DNA of 64,000 bases from Camelus dromedarius. Its lineage: Eukaryota. The stretch spans positions 58,530,001 through 58,594,000 of the forward strand of contig NC_087437.1 of the NCBI RefSeq assembly GCF_036321535.1, written 5' to 3'. A program made the translations under genes and the position numbers. Of the stretch, positions 1-13,249 are shown in pieces. The notes below the pieces were generated by a model, which was given only the letters and a program-made list of their open reading frames with translations, was not told the DNA's origin and searched no databases. Each line of letters opens with the position of its first letter. Position 1 is the first letter of the stretch.

Positions 1-3000
1 AATCTGTAAAAGAGTTCTATTTAATTGGCTTAAAGAAAATTAAATACTCAAATTAATTCTCAGAAATATAGTAAAAACTAACCCAAATGAATTTCAGGTT
101 TGTGTGATCTGGGAAATATTCTGTATTAAATTAATATTCAGTAGTAAAGGTAAAGTTTGTTTTAATTAATACAGACATGCCTTTAGAGTCATCAGCATTA
201 TGTATAATATTTTTATTGTACCTAAGTTTACTAAAAGTCAAATAAGTTATCTCTGTTACAAAATTTGTCAGCAAGAAAAATAACTTGGTATGATATTTTC
301 ATAAGTAAATTAAATAAATGTAGATGGGATAAGAGTTTTTAAGTAAACTCTTTTAAGAATAATTGTGTTGTATGATGTGTCTACCTCAAAATAGTTACCC
401 CAAACCTTTTTGGAACTTGAAACTTTAGGGTCTTGCTAAATTAAGTTAAATGATGGAAATTTATTAAATATCTAGATAATTCCCAAATAAGATACTGAAA
501 CACTAATTACTGAAGATAGGCCTCCTTTTACAGAGAAACTAAAGGTATTTGGGGACTATTAGTAAATATGTTTGGTTCTCTTCTATAAGAAAGCACAAGT
601 TTTTAAAAATTATAAAAAGTAATTATAAATTTGCCAATCTAGATTGCTAATGCAAAAGTTCATAATTGCTTACTTCTTGATTTTTTACTAAAAATGAAGG
701 TTTCTAAGGCTTAAATATTCTAATTAATATATGTAATTAAAACTACCAATATTAATAAGGACAATATTTTCATATTCAATGATATGTTTTTAAAGGTATA
801 AAGATTAGAAAAGCATTTTTTTAAGGGAAAAGAAAATAATTTTGTCCAAAAGTTGATTATTTCTACATGGGAAAGAAAACAAAGGGCAAACTTAAACACA
901 TATAGAAAGCCATAGAATGTTTGTAGGGAAAAAAAAATTTGGAAAGAATTTTATGTGCAGTCAAGACTGGCTAAGATTGGGATGAATTTAATTAAATGAA
1001 TAAATTTTAATATCAAAAGTAAGCTGGTGCAAAATTTGGTTTTTCTCTGTTAAAAGGACAAGGTTTTTCGAGATTATTGGTCTGGTCTTAATGAGAAAAT
1101 GTAAACAAGGATTCTCTTTACCTTTAATGTTATCTGTCTAGAAAACAAAGTTTCTACAATGTGTAGCTAAGGTTATTTATAACTATATAACCTTTTACAT
1201 TTGCCTATGAAGTCTTTAATTGTCATTTTGGTTAAATGAACAACTAAACATTGTTTCACAGTGATTTATGAGCCTACTTGTCCAAGTGTTTAAAAAAAAA
1301 AAAAGGCATTTGATATTTTTGACAAACTTCCCCAAATCAAATTCTAAATGAAGTCTTTTTAACTCAGAACTAACTTTGAGGTATGAGATGTTCCAGAAGA
1401 CCCCTGAGATAGCCCACAGATTTGTTCTTTGTCCTTATAAAAAGGGAGATGTTAAACAAATCAGGCTTGTTTGATCTGTTAAATTACATGGGAAGTGTTA
1501 TCAAATAAGAAGTAATACTGTCTTCTTTATGTTGTGTCTGGATAGGTATATACTGTAAGTGTTTCAGAAACTGAAATTTCTGGAAATCTAGTATGTCCTG
1601 GCATAATGTTATCAGGCATAATCCTAGTTATTAAATTAAAGTGTTGTATGCCACAGAAGAAACCTAATTCCCTTGTCAATTGCATTGTAACCATACCATT
1701 TAACTCTTTTATCAAGTACATATAGTTATTGTTTTACTCTGATGCTTTTATAAATACGTTTCATCTTTAGAGACATTCACATAAAGGACTCTGACACTTT
1801 CTCTAGAGGACAGGTTTCTGACAAACTTTCAGATCTTACTATTGAACTGGGTAAGAATTTATAGCACTCTAAAGAAGAAACAATGGCTTCATAAAACTGC
1901 TAGCAAAAAACCAAGCTCAAGAATCAATTCTAGGGGCAGACTATAGCTCCAGTGGTAGAACACATGCTTAGCATGCATGAGGTCCTGGGTTCGATCCCTA
2001 GTATCTCCATTGAAAAACCAAATAAATAAATAAACCTACTCACCTCCCCCTGCAAAAAAAGAACAGTTCCATAGGAATGAGTGAACTGATGAGGATGATT
2101 ATAACTTTTATGTTTTTTATTTAAAATATTGACAGTTATTTTATATTTTGCTTTTCTAGATTTAATGAAACTTTTTCTCTCAAGCTGTGACTTGTAGCAG
2201 TTTGATAATGCATACTTTACAAACAAAGATAAAACTTTTATCTTTTTCTCCCTACCTTATCCCTCTAGAATTTGGAAACTCTTAGTGAGTATTCTTATTT
2301 TCATGGCAATATGGTTATTTGCATAAATTCAATAAGAATCTGTTCTCCTTATAACAGGACACAATTGAAAACATTGGTTATATAACCAAGGCTTTGACGG
2401 GAATGTCCTGTTTGACAGAGACATAGATTAACTCAGATATGACCAGACAGCTGTAAGGCACTAAGATTGACTTTATGGAGCCAATAATGACTCTTGGAAA
2501 TAGCTGCCTAGTATCATGCTTACAGAGTTCCACAGAAACATTACCAGTTAAGTAAAGAAGGTCAGTTCCTGGCAGGTGCAGGAACCTCAAGATATTTTGA
2601 GGATCTCAAGCAGAGAAGAATTTACCCAAATTTGTAGGTGTTGAAGTTCCTGGCCTGGAGAGGCCTTTTTAAAGTTCAATCTGAGATTCCTTATGAAAAG
2701 TTCCAGCAAAGCAGATTTAAAAGAGCCTATATGATCAGTTGCTATTTTTTTTCACTCATGTAAATAATCAGGCCATATATATTGAAAACAGACTTATGTT
2801 GCAAACAAATTAGTCTTAATTTGGCTATATAAATGAGAATGATTTTAGAGAGAAAAATTAGGTTTCAATAATACATCTTTGGTATATTCAGTTCTAGTGC
2901 TGTTAATTGTCTTTGAGGTTTGGGCAATTACCTGTAAACTAGACTAGATCCTGAATTCATCCAGATTTCTCCAATATCTGGTATGACTCTCCAAACTAAT

Positions 3001-3556
3001 GTTTCTGGTTTTTCTTCCATTCTTTTAACTTGGAATCATTGAGAACTAAAATTGCCATTTACCTAAACACCCAATGACGTCATAGAGGCATTTCAAACTG
3101 CAGAACAGGCTTCAGCTCCGACATCTAGAAACCTTCAGCTGGCTCCCCTCTGGACTTGGTGGTTTATTGCAATCCAGATTGCAACTAGCTATGCTACTTA
3201 TTTTTCTAGTTTGTTCTCTCTTTTTTGTTGTTAAGCTGTTTATACTTTGTGTCTCTCACTGCTATATTATGACACCCCTCACAGGAAAAATGACAGCTCA
3301 ACATCTGGAGATGATTGAAGAGCTGTGAATTTCTCCTGTTTTGAATGCTGCCTAAGACACACTTCCTAGATATCTCTTTATTGCTCAAAGGTGGTCATAA
3401 ACTCTCTAAAAGCATACACCTCCCACATGACCACGTCTCTCTCTCTCCTCTATGAGACATGGCTTTCTGGGAATAAGCCTTCCTAGTGCCGAGGGAGTTG
3501 AGACCAATGCCGAATAACTAAATGGTTGATCATCAATGCTTTCTAAAGGATAAATT
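1..3556 (+). mobile_element. ERV1-class (MER4-group-like) non-coding internal region, truncated by the window edge
   Basis: Long AT-rich sequence resembling MER4-group internal regions. It has no intact gag/pol/env ORF and runs directly into an LTR at 3557. Confidence 0.7.
1933..2061 (+). mobile_element. tRNA-Ala-derived SINE (camelid vic-1 type) nested in the ERV internal region
   Basis: A box tagctccagtgg, B box ggttcgatcc, shared tail aaataaacctactcacctcccc plus an A-tract. Confidence 0.9.
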
Positions 3557-4009
3557 TGAAAGAAAAATCAAACTGGACTCAATATTGCTAAGAGAGCTCT
3601 CTTAAATGGAGCCAGGAGGCCATTAAGGAAGTGTGACATGCACCTCTTAGCCTAGATAGAATCTGAACTTTTGACTTGATGAAATCATCCACAACACCTG
3701 CCAGAGACTCAAGGTATTTCTCAGACCCTTACCCTAAGACAAATCATGTCAATCTATCTATTTATTGGGCCCCTACCCTAAAATGACTGATTTTTAAGGA
3801 CAAATATTTTCTGATCTGTGTTAGAGCCAATCACAATTCTCTCCAGGCAACTTTTAACAACCTTGTGGTTTTTTGTCTTTATAAGCCCCTGACACTTTCT
3901 AGTCCCCAGAACACTCTTTCAGGGTTACCTTATATGTCTCCCAAATTGCTGTTCTTAAGACCCCAAATAAACTCTTATCTGTAGCCTTTTGCATTATTTT
4001 TGGTTGACA
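3557..4009 (+). mobile_element. ERV1 3' LTR, antisense to ATP13A4
   Basis: TG...CA termini, CCAAT 3827-3831, TATA-like tttataag 3878-3885 and AATAAA 3966-3971 in canonical order. Confidence 0.8.
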
Positions 4010-4197
4010 CAGGGTATGTTGAACCACATCCTCCAAAAAGGAAGTGGGGTGGGGGGGAGGTGACCAAAGCAGGAAAGTTATATGACAAAGCAAACACAAT
4101 ATCCATATTTTTATGTAAAAAGAAGAAATCCTGAACAACTCAGCATAAATTTTGTTTTCACTGCTTACAGCTCTGGATTCATGAGCATTTTTTTTAA

Positions 4198-5190
4198 ACA
4201 TTTTTATTGTGATACAGTAAACTACACATATTTCAGATGTACAATTTGATGAACTTTGATAGATGTATACATCCATGAAACCACCACCACAATCAAGATA
4301 GACAACGTTTCCATCACTCCCCAAGAGGTGCAATTTTCGAATTCCCAATTTATCTCTTCCCACCGCCTTTACCCTCTGGTAATCATAAGTTTGTTCTCTA
4401 TGTCTGTGAGACTATCTATATTTTGCAGGTAAATTCGTTTGTGCCCCTCTTTTTTTTTAGATTCCACATATAAGTGATATCATCTGGCATTTTTCTTTTT
4501 CTTTCTGGCTTACTTCACTTAGAATGATGATCTCCAGGACCATCCATGTTGCTGCAAATGGCATTATTTTATTCTTTTTTATGGCTGCATACTATTCCAT
4601 TGTATATACCACATCTTCTTTATCCAGTCATCTGTTGATGGACATTTAGGTTGTTTCCATGTCTTGGCCATTGTAAATAGTGCTGCTGTGAACATTGGGG
4701 TGTATGTGTCTTTTTGAATTATATTTTTCTCTGGGTGCAAGCCCAGAAGTGGGATTGCTGGATCATAAGGTAAGTCTATTTTTAGTTTTTTAAGGAACCC
4801 CCATATTGTCTGCACCAATTTACATTCCCACCAACAGCGTAGAAGGGTTCCCTTTTCTCTATATCCTCTGCAGCATTTATTGTTTGTAGACTTTTAATGA
4901 TGGCCAGTCTGACTGGCATGAGGTGACATCTCATTGTAGTTTTGATTTGTAGTTCTCTAACAGTTAGTGATGTTGAGCATCTTTTCATGTGCTTGTTGGC
5001 CATTTGCATGTCTTCTTTGGAGAGATGTCTATTTCAGTCTTCTGCCCATTTTTTTTTTACTTAGGTTGCTTTTGGGGGGGTATTAAAGTGTTTGTATACT
5101 TTGGAAATTATTCCCTTATCCATCCCATCATTTGCAAATATTTCTCCCATTCTGTAGGTAATTTCTTTAACTTCTTTATGCTTCCTATGT
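4198..5190 (-). mobile_element. L1 fragments: older 3'UTR piece (to ~4325) abutting a younger ORF2 C-terminus/3'UTR
   Basis: Minus-strand translations give L1 ORF2 motifs [24 protein letters not shown] and WKQPKCPSTDDWIKKMWYI, broken by frameshifts. Confidence 0.9.
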
Positions 5191-5549
5191 AAAATGGGGA
5201 AAAAGTAATCTCTACCAGTGAGGACCAAATCAGGCAACATACGTGCAAATCCTTTGCAAACTATAAATCACAATATAAATAGCCCTGTATTGTAGATAAT
5301 GGCCTCAAAACTATTTGTCTTAATAAAAAATCATCTCTGAGAGCCCAGCCTACAGAGTTTCAGGGATTTCTAACTGAATGCCTAACAAAAAATGATTTAA
5401 AATGGAGGAAGGGGGAATGGCATTCAGAAGAGGAAAGGAGTACCTAAAAGAAACATAATGGCGGCATCTTCTCTTACTTTCTCAGCCATGGCTTTCACTT
5501 TAGTGTCTTTGTGATAAAGTGTTGGTGGAAATCGCAAGACCATTTATTA

Positions 5550-6290
5550 AAGAGTCAATTCATTTACTAAATTAAATTAAATTAAATAAATATTGAGTAC
5601 CTGCTATGGCCATGTGCTAGGTGCTATGGGAAATAAAAAGCCATGGCCACTATCTCCAAAAAGCTTATAGTCTAATAAGAGAAAAGGCTATAAAAAGGTA
5701 TGTAACATACTAGGGGAAAACCCTGAACTTAGAGAGTCAGAGACAAGTTCAAGTTCTTTGTCCATGCTGTCCCCTTTACCTGGACCATTCCCCATGTGCT
5801 CCTCCCCACCAGCCACCATCACATTCTAATTCTTTACCATCCTCTGATGCTCAGAAAAGCCTTTCCTGGTTTTCTTGACTTAGTCAAATCCCTTGTCTGT
5901 AATCCTACAATAACCATGAACCTTTCCTAAGTACTACTTATGACAGTCAGAGGTTTGCATTTATTTGTGTAGAGATCTGATGAACTGCATGAAGTCAAGA
6001 ACCCAGATTTTCCTAACTGTCATATTCCCCCCACTTTCCTACCCACGAGCTAGCGGTGTGGCTGGCATACAACCTGTGCTCATCAAATTTATGAAGGAAG
6101 GAAGAAGGGAAAGAGGGAGAAAGGAAGGGAGGACAAAATCCTGGCTGACACTTAGAAGGTTGCAAATTCACTTGTCCTCTCTGTATCCTCATCTGTAAAA
6201 TAAAAATGAGCATGCCATTTCCCAGGGTTGTTATGGGAATCAAATAATATAATCAATGAGATGCCGTTTTATAAAATGTAAAATGAATGG
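5550..6290. mobile_element. Degraded L2 and MIR fragments
   Basis: L2 end motif tattgagtacctgctatg...tgctaggtgct and MIR core cctcatctgtaaaat. Confidence 0.6.
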
Positions 6291-8225
6291 CATTTTAATG
6301 TAAGGCAGACTGCAGAAAGCATTACAGCAGTCAGTTAAAAATACAGAGCTAAAAGAGAATGAACAGGTGATTAATTCCCTCTGGAATTAGGGCAGAGAAT
6401 GGATCAACAAAGATTTAATAGGGAAGGTGGTATATGGCTGAGGAATGAGTAGGTTTTAGTAAGTAGAGATAGAACATCTACTTTGTACGTTTACTGTGTA
6501 GAGGGTGTGTGTGTGTGTATGAGTTGACTCCTCTCCAGAATGTCACTGTGTGAGAAGAGGGATTTCCATGGCTGTTCATAACTGTATTCCCAGTGCTTAT
6601 CACAATGTTTGGTACATAATTGATGCTCAATAAATACTTACTGAATGAATAAATAAGGGAACGAATGAAGGAAGGAGATAGGAAATATCAGAAGAAATTT
6701 TATGAGTAAAAACATAGACAAAACAAAGTATCTGGTTCCCTTAGAAAATGATGCTGATGTGGGGAGCCTGGGCTTGGAGAGACCAGGTTGCAGAGGAGAA
6801 GGGAGGGGTGGAAGCAAGAATCCAGGAAACATGAACACAGACACTGGTGGCTGATGAGTGTCTGGTGGGCTGGTGGACTCTGCATGCCATGTGCATGGCC
6901 GGTTTGCCAGATTTCTAAGTGTTCAAACTACAGCCCGTTGCACGACATCTTTAGGTGCAACAAGGGAAAACGTTCCCCGTTAAAGCATTGGAATGAAATG
7001 CCCGGAGGCAGGCCTAATAGCCCATCATCACAAGTTCTCCTCTGCACTTCGGGAGCCTCTGGCAACACGCGACATACAATGACAGTGAAGGGAAAAATGT
7101 ATTTGTAATCATGATAAAGATGAAAACTATGGAAATCATCAAGAGCATCTGAATTCAAAGAGGCCAATGAATGTAAATCATGTTATTTGCATAGCAATGT
7201 GGCATCCTCCAGATATTGGTTAAAATTCAGAAGTAGATGAATAATAAATAAAATGCCATTTTTTACATTATAAAATAAAAATGTAATTACTCTTATCTTT
7301 TGGAAAAATCTCATTCTTAGAGGTCCTTAATAAGAAAAGGGGAGCAGAAAATAAACTGGGTGCTAAAGACTTCGAGTCAGTATATCACATTACTATTTTT
7401 TTTAGTGTTAAGAAATGATTACCTAATCAGTATCTGTGATAATGATCTGCAATCTTACTAGTGTGAGATTGATGATAAATACCAAGTACTGATTTTTTAA
7501 TAACATGAAAAACAGATGCAACACATTTTCAGGTATGAGTCACCCAGTCTTCCTTCCTGGGAAATCTTTACTGTCCAGCTATTATAATTCAGATAATGTC
7601 TTTCTTCAGGTGTCATTTTAATGCAAATAACCTAACAGCAGACTTTTAAACTATTGGTGCCCAAAGCTTATTTTAATCTAAGGCTCTCAGAGTAAAAGTG
7701 TTTGAAATAATTGAGTTCTTGTCTAATTACATAAAGACTAATTTAGCACCTCATTTATTTGGAGAGTCTCTGGCATAGCAAATCCATTTAAACTGACGCC
7801 CAAGAGCAGGTAATTAAAAATTAAAGTTGAAATCAAGATAAGAACGTCAAGATGGAAGCTGATTTCAATAGCTCTGATTATTTGTAGAGAGCAATGAAAG
7901 GGAGAAGGGCAAAGAAAGAGGGGGGAGAATGGAACGCAGCCCCCTAAGGCACTTATGCCTGTTTGAATCCTTCCACTATTGGTCCAGTTGCAAAGCTGAC
8001 CTCATGCAACTAGGAGAGGTGACCTGACTGAACACGGATGACGGCTGGGGATTCCTAGCTACAGGACGCCTTCCCCATGTCTCCTGTCCTGGAAGGAAAT
8101 GCCAGGGCTCCTGGCTAGTGAGGGAAGGATGCAGCATCCAGATGAGTAGGGCCATTAGACATCGGTGCTTCTGGTCCATAGCAAAGCCCTTTTATACAGC
8201 AAGCATGTGGAGCTGCTTGAGCAAC

Positions 8226-8262
8226 AACACACACACACAAACACACACACACACACACACAC
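8226..8262. repeat. (CA)n microsatellite, interrupted
   Basis: Read directly from the sequence. Confidence 0.95.
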
Positions 8263-8426
8263 AATCAAAATGGTCTTTGATAATGCATTTTACAGTTTGT
8301 GAATGGCTGTTACATATGTGATCTCGCTTCATCCTCACACCAAACCAAGAAAGGACAAGTGCATTTTACTAGACCTGTTTTATAAATAGAGACCCTGAGG
8401 TCCTGAAAGTTTAAGTAAAAAGCTAA

Positions 8427-8584
8427 GGGGGGGGGGGTGGGCGGGCAATACAGCTCAGTGGTAGAATGAGTGGTGCCTAGCATGCCCAAGGTGCAGGGTT
8501 CAATCCCCAGTACCTCCAGTAGAAAAAAAATTTAAGTAAAGAAACTTAATTACCTCCCCCCGCAAAAAAAAAAAAAAAAAAAAA
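8427..8584 (+). mobile_element. vic-1-type SINE inserted into a MIR
   Basis: tRNA-like head, cttaattacctcccccc tail, long poly(A); MIR-like sequence on both sides. Confidence 0.9.
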
Positions 8585-8729
8585 GGACATCACACATCTA
8601 AGGTGCTAAGACTAGAAGTTCAAAACTTTGGATTCCAAAACCCAAAATGCACCATTTCCCTGTTGGATGGCACTTTTTTACTTCTTTCACTCTTGCCAGA
8701 TCTTTCTTTTTTCTTTATAAATTTTAAGG

Positions 8730-8912
8730 TTTTTTTTTAATTGAAGTACAGTTGATTTACAGTATTATATTAGTCTCAAGTGTACAGCATAGTGATTTAG
8801 TATTTCTACAGTCATATTCCATTGAAAGTTATTACAAAATAGTGGCTATAATTCCCTGTGCCGTACAATATACACTTCCTTATCTATTTTACACATAGTA
8901 GCTTGTATCTTA
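8730..8912 (-). mobile_element. 5'-truncated L1 3' end
   Basis: T-tract followed by aattgaagtacagttgatttaca..., the reverse complement of an L1 3' terminus. Confidence 0.85.
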
Positions 8913-9570
8913 CTACTTCTTTCTTTCTTTCTCTTTCCTTCCTCTTCATTTTCCTTTTCCCTACTTCCTTCTCCATTGCCTTCGTTTTGCTCCCTTCCTT
9001 GCCATTTCCTTCTTCATTTCCTCTTATTTCTGTCTGTGCCTTGACCCTGCTAGCAACCTCAGAGCTTACAGCTCTGCCGACCAGGTGTTCTCCCATCAGA
9101 AGAGTCTGGGGGCACATTCTGAAAGGCAGAAAGCTTTTCTGTTTCTGAGGTTGTTTCTGTTGAAGCAAAAGCATTGCCCTCTGAGAACTAGTTGGAAGAA
9201 ATGGAAGTAACTGCAGGGTAGAGTAAAGTATTTTCCAAATCCTCCTTTCACGCCCAAAATTAAGACTCTCATAGGTCCTTAAGTTCACATGGAGGGGGTT
9301 GATCTATGAAAGGATCCCAAAGATGTAGTTTTCCATTAGTTTTTATGTTTCCACCCTGAGCCCCGGAAAACAAATCTCTCTCTACCCCTGTTCCAGCAAG
9401 ACACTCAGGCTGTGTGTAAGAGGACCACTTACAACACTTCGCTAAATATCAATCGTTCTCCTTGAAACTATATAAATATACATTGGCGAGCCATATAGCA
9501 AATATCCAGGCCTCTATTTGTCTCCCAAGGACCAAATGAGCTCATAAATGGGAGTGAGGACTACCTACGG

Positions 9571-9756
9571 CAGTGTTGCACAAGGTAGGGTCCCTTATCA
9601 GAAGCATTAGCATCACTTCAGAACTGGCTTAAAATGCAAATTCTTGAGGCCCAGTCCAAATCTAAAGAATTAGAAACTCTGGGGACGGGGCCCAGCAATC
9701 TACGTTAAGAAACCTTCTGGATGATTCCAATGCCTGTGGAAGTTTGGAAACTACTG
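9571..9756. mobile_element. MER5A-like hAT-Charlie MITE
   Basis: cagtg...tactg termini; internal aaatgcaaattctt and gaaactctgggg...gggcccagcaatct. Confidence 0.8.
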
Positions 9757-11294
9757 GTCTCGGTGCAGTTGCATGGGAAACAGCCTTGAACTAGGAGCTG
9801 GGATAAATGCAACTTAGTCCTGGTTAGGTCTTCTCTCACCAAGAAGTGTGGGTGTGTCCCCTCTCCAGGCCCCATTTCCTCCCCATCAAAGGACGAAGTC
9901 TTCCTTGGTGAGCACCAGGCAGTCTTCTCTCATGCAGATTCCCTGAGCCTTCATGAACTATGGCTTGAGGCAGCCTAACATCATCAATATGACTTGCTCT
10001 TACTCCACTAGAATCTAGCCTTCTTAAGGTCTTGAACTTTATTCTCCAAGAATCCGAGTTAAATTATAGTTGAAGTTGGGAGGAACTGCTTCAGCTGTCA
10101 CCTGTGTCATGGTTCATATGTCAGCTAAGCTGAGGCATAGAATAGGTGGTTCTTGAAGTGACCAAGATCCAGAAATAAGGGGAGGGGCTGACCCCAGGGA
10201 AGCCAAGTTCACAAAGACAAACCTCATCCCAGTCCTAGTTTCCCTGGGGTCTAGCCCCAACTCCATTAGATTGAATTGTGGAACTTTTGTTTTTTCATCA
10301 GTTATAAGACTAGTTGCTGTCCTCTCCTCCTGCTGCAATAAAGAAAATGTTTAGAGAGGTTGTTGTACATAAAAAAAGCTAACACCCAGTAGAGTTTGAT
10401 TTATCTAGAATTGGGTTGTCGTTCTGGGTCTTTTGGGCTGATGCATTGAGAGACCCACTCAGTAAAAGACAGACAGAAATGGGTCCTCTGTGAGACTGTA
10501 CTTTGACTCTTATCAAGAGGAATATCTACTTTAGCCTGTCAACCACCACGCATTTATGGAATCTGTACCCCGTGCAGTATCTAGGGATGCAGCAATTAGC
10601 AAGTTGGAAATGGTCCCCTCTCTTGTGGAGCTGACACTCCAGCAAGAACAGTGCTCATCGCCTAAGTGTGATGAGTGTCAGTGTCAAAGAGAATATAGGG
10701 ACTCTCACCTGACACCAGGACCTGGTATTAGCAGAAAAGGGCAATGACCTCGGGGACAAGATGGCTGCATTTTTACCCTAGCACGTCTGCAGGATGTAAT
10801 ACACCCTTACCAAGAACCGTGGCTCCCTCAAGGAGCTGTGGAAGACTGTATCCTCTGCCGGGTGGGGGAGGTTGCTTCCCATCTCCTCCCCCTTCTCCTT
10901 CCTCCCTTCCCCCAGGGATGCTCCACTGGAGGAGGGCTGGGATAAGCATGGATATGTCAGGATGCAGGGGAAAAATGAGTGTGAATGTTACTGCCTGGAG
11001 CCTGACTTCCCTTCACACTACCTATTACTTTTAGCCAATAACATGATTATTCCCTACTCCAATATTCACTAAAATCACAGTTTTAAAAGGACTACCCTGT
11101 GACATAGGTCTTCTTCATGAAATCCCATCATACACAAATTATTGAACTCTTGGTAAATAAATGAAAGGCTGTGACAGAACCAAAGGCTGGAACCTCCAGC
11201 TGCCGCCTGCCCTGCGCCCCTCTCCCCACAGCCATCCCATCACAAGACGTCCGGGGGAAAAGGCCGCAAGGTACAAGACCGGGGACATACTTAC

Positions 11295-11468
11295 TGTTGT
11301 CCTCAGCAGCACGACATCTGCTTCTTGCAAGGAACACGGGATGCAGTTTGCCCACACGTGCCAAGCGGGTCTCCAGTAAAACACCAAGGGGAGAATCCCA
11401 AAGGAGAAAATGGAGCCGGCGAGGTAGAGGATTTTCCGGCAGCTTTGAGTCCGGTAGCCAAATATTTC
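11295..11468 (-). CDS. ATP13A4: ATP13A4 coding exon 2 (58 codons, phase 0/0)
   Basis: Translates EIFGYRTQSCRKILYLAGSIFSFGILPLVFYWRPAWHVWANCIPCSLQEADVVLLRTT, matching the ATP13A4 N-terminus. Acceptor is ctgtcccag|GAA and donor is ACA|gtaagt. Confidence 0.97.
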
Positions 11469-11608
11469 CTGGGACAGAACCAAAATGATCCCGAATAAGC
11501 ACAATAAACAACAAAGGAACAAACTGGAATTTGGGCGATAAAACTGGGGGGCAGAGAATGAAAAAGTGGAGGAGGGTGAAAGGAGGACAGAATGAGGGGT
11601 GGAAAAAG

Positions 11609-12077
11609 GGTTACCGAATGCAAGTTCATGTGCCCGCCGCACCATGAGGCCAAACAAACTGAAACGTCCAATTTTGGAGCAGAGAAAGGTTTATCACAGA
11701 GCTGAGGAAGGAGGACAAGGAGGCTTATGTCCAAGAAAATCCTGAACTCCCCAAAAAGTTTCAGCAAAGCATAGGCCTTTAAAGGAGGTGGGGTTGAGGG
11801 TACGTGATCAGCTCGTGCACAATTCTCTGATTGGTGGGCGCTGAGGTAACAGGGCGGTCAACACTGTCAACCCCTAGGCGCCAGAAGGTCTGGGGCCACG
11901 CGCTCCCGATCATTAAGTAGTTCATTTTCTCTCATTTGCTGGTGGTTTTAAGCATCTGAAATATCAGGAAATATACATGAGATATTACTATGTGGGTACT
12001 TCAGAGAGGAGCTACAGCAGAGGTTATGGGGGAGGGGTCTGTCCTGGGAAGGCCCCACATGGTCCTGCTTAGTTACA
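11609..12077 (-). mobile_element. ERV1 solo LTR, same sense as ATP13A4
   Basis: Minus strand begins tgtaac and ends ggtaacc (degenerate CA), with a 4-bp TSD aaag (11605-11608 / 12078-12081). It carries CCAAT 11834-11830, TATA-like 11783-11778, and GATAAA at the poly(A)-signal position 11695-11690. Confidence 0.85.
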
Positions 12078-12263
12078 AAAGTGGGGAGAAAGACTCCTGG
12101 CAAAGTGTAATACACGATCCCAGGCCTCCAAGAAGTTGGACTCTAACTGGGAAATTCAGTTTCTACAATTTTAGCATGTGGCTACTCTGATGCCAAACCT
12201 ATACTACATGATACATTATCTTTGGGGTTTGGGGTTTTTTTGTTTTTGTATTTTTACTGTTTC

Positions 12264-12521
12264 CTTTTTTTTTTTTTTAATTGAAGGATAGTTGATTTGT
12301 AATGTTAGTTTCAAGTGTACAGCAAAGTGATTCAGTTATATACATACATGCATGTATATTTTTTATTTTCAGATTCTTTTCCATTATATGTTGTTACAAG
12401 AAATTGAATATAGTTCCCTGAGCAATACAATAGGTCCTTGTTGTTTAGCTATTTTATATATATAGAGAGAGAGAGAGAGAATGTCTGTTAATCCCAACCC
12501 CTAATTTATTCCTCCCCATCC
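12264..12521 (-). mobile_element. 5'-truncated young L1 3' end inserted in a MIR
   Basis: Poly(T), then L1 3'UTR in reverse; MIR resumes at ~12522-12710. Confidence 0.85.
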
Positions 12522-13249
12522 TTATCTTGTTTAAGTCTCTCAAGCATCCCCTGAGTAGGATAATGTTACCCTCACTTCATAAATGATGAGGCTGAGCTCA
12601 GAAAGTCTGAATGTAATGACTTGTCCAAGGCCACACAGCTGGCAAGTTCTGCTGCCAACGTTCAAACCTAGATCCGTCAGCCTCCAAGTCTTGCGCTTGC
12701 TCCACAGCCTTCACAGAGGTGCCCACGAGCCATGTGACAGAAGAATGAGGCAGCAGCAGCAGCAATGAATGAGTCCCTTGGCTGGGATCAGCAGCACCGT
12801 GGGCAGTAGGTACAAGAACCAGGTCTTGAGTTTGGAGTCAGGATTTGGTGAAAGTATTTGACCACACGAAGGTAACAACTAAATCCTAACTTGTCTTTGG
12901 AGGTTTGGGGTAGAGCTATGCATTCCCACCCTCCTCTCTTGTTCAGTAACAAAAAGAATGTTATGTCGAGGGGTGGGGGGAAACCATAGAGACGATTTGA
13001 TTTATTTCAACTCGTGCTTACCGAGCAGCTGCTATGAGGGGTCAGGAGACCCTGGAGGATACAAATATGAAGAAGATAAGAGTCTGACCTCTAACAAATT
13101 TATAATCTGGACAAACTTCTTCTTTCCAAGTGAAGCCTGGGACAGAATGGAAAATCGGCCCTGAAGTGTATGGCCAGAGTTCCAAGGCTCTACCCCAATA
13201 AGCTGCAGGTGCACTTTATATTGGTTATAATGGCTGCAACTGACAGGAA

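Noticed and set aside
6900..7760. Possible ancient DNA transposon remnants
   Set aside because: Only a vague resemblance; no termini or family could be supported.
1..11294. ATP13A4 exon 3 and any intact retroviral ORF
   Set aside because: No sequence encoding the expected DEFQ/YSWKK continuation was found, so exon 3 probably lies left of the window. The ERV interior has no long ORF.
12215..12263. Possible second 3' transduction beside the L1 tail
   Set aside because: The extra sequence is short and T-rich and cannot be told apart from a mutated poly(A) tail.
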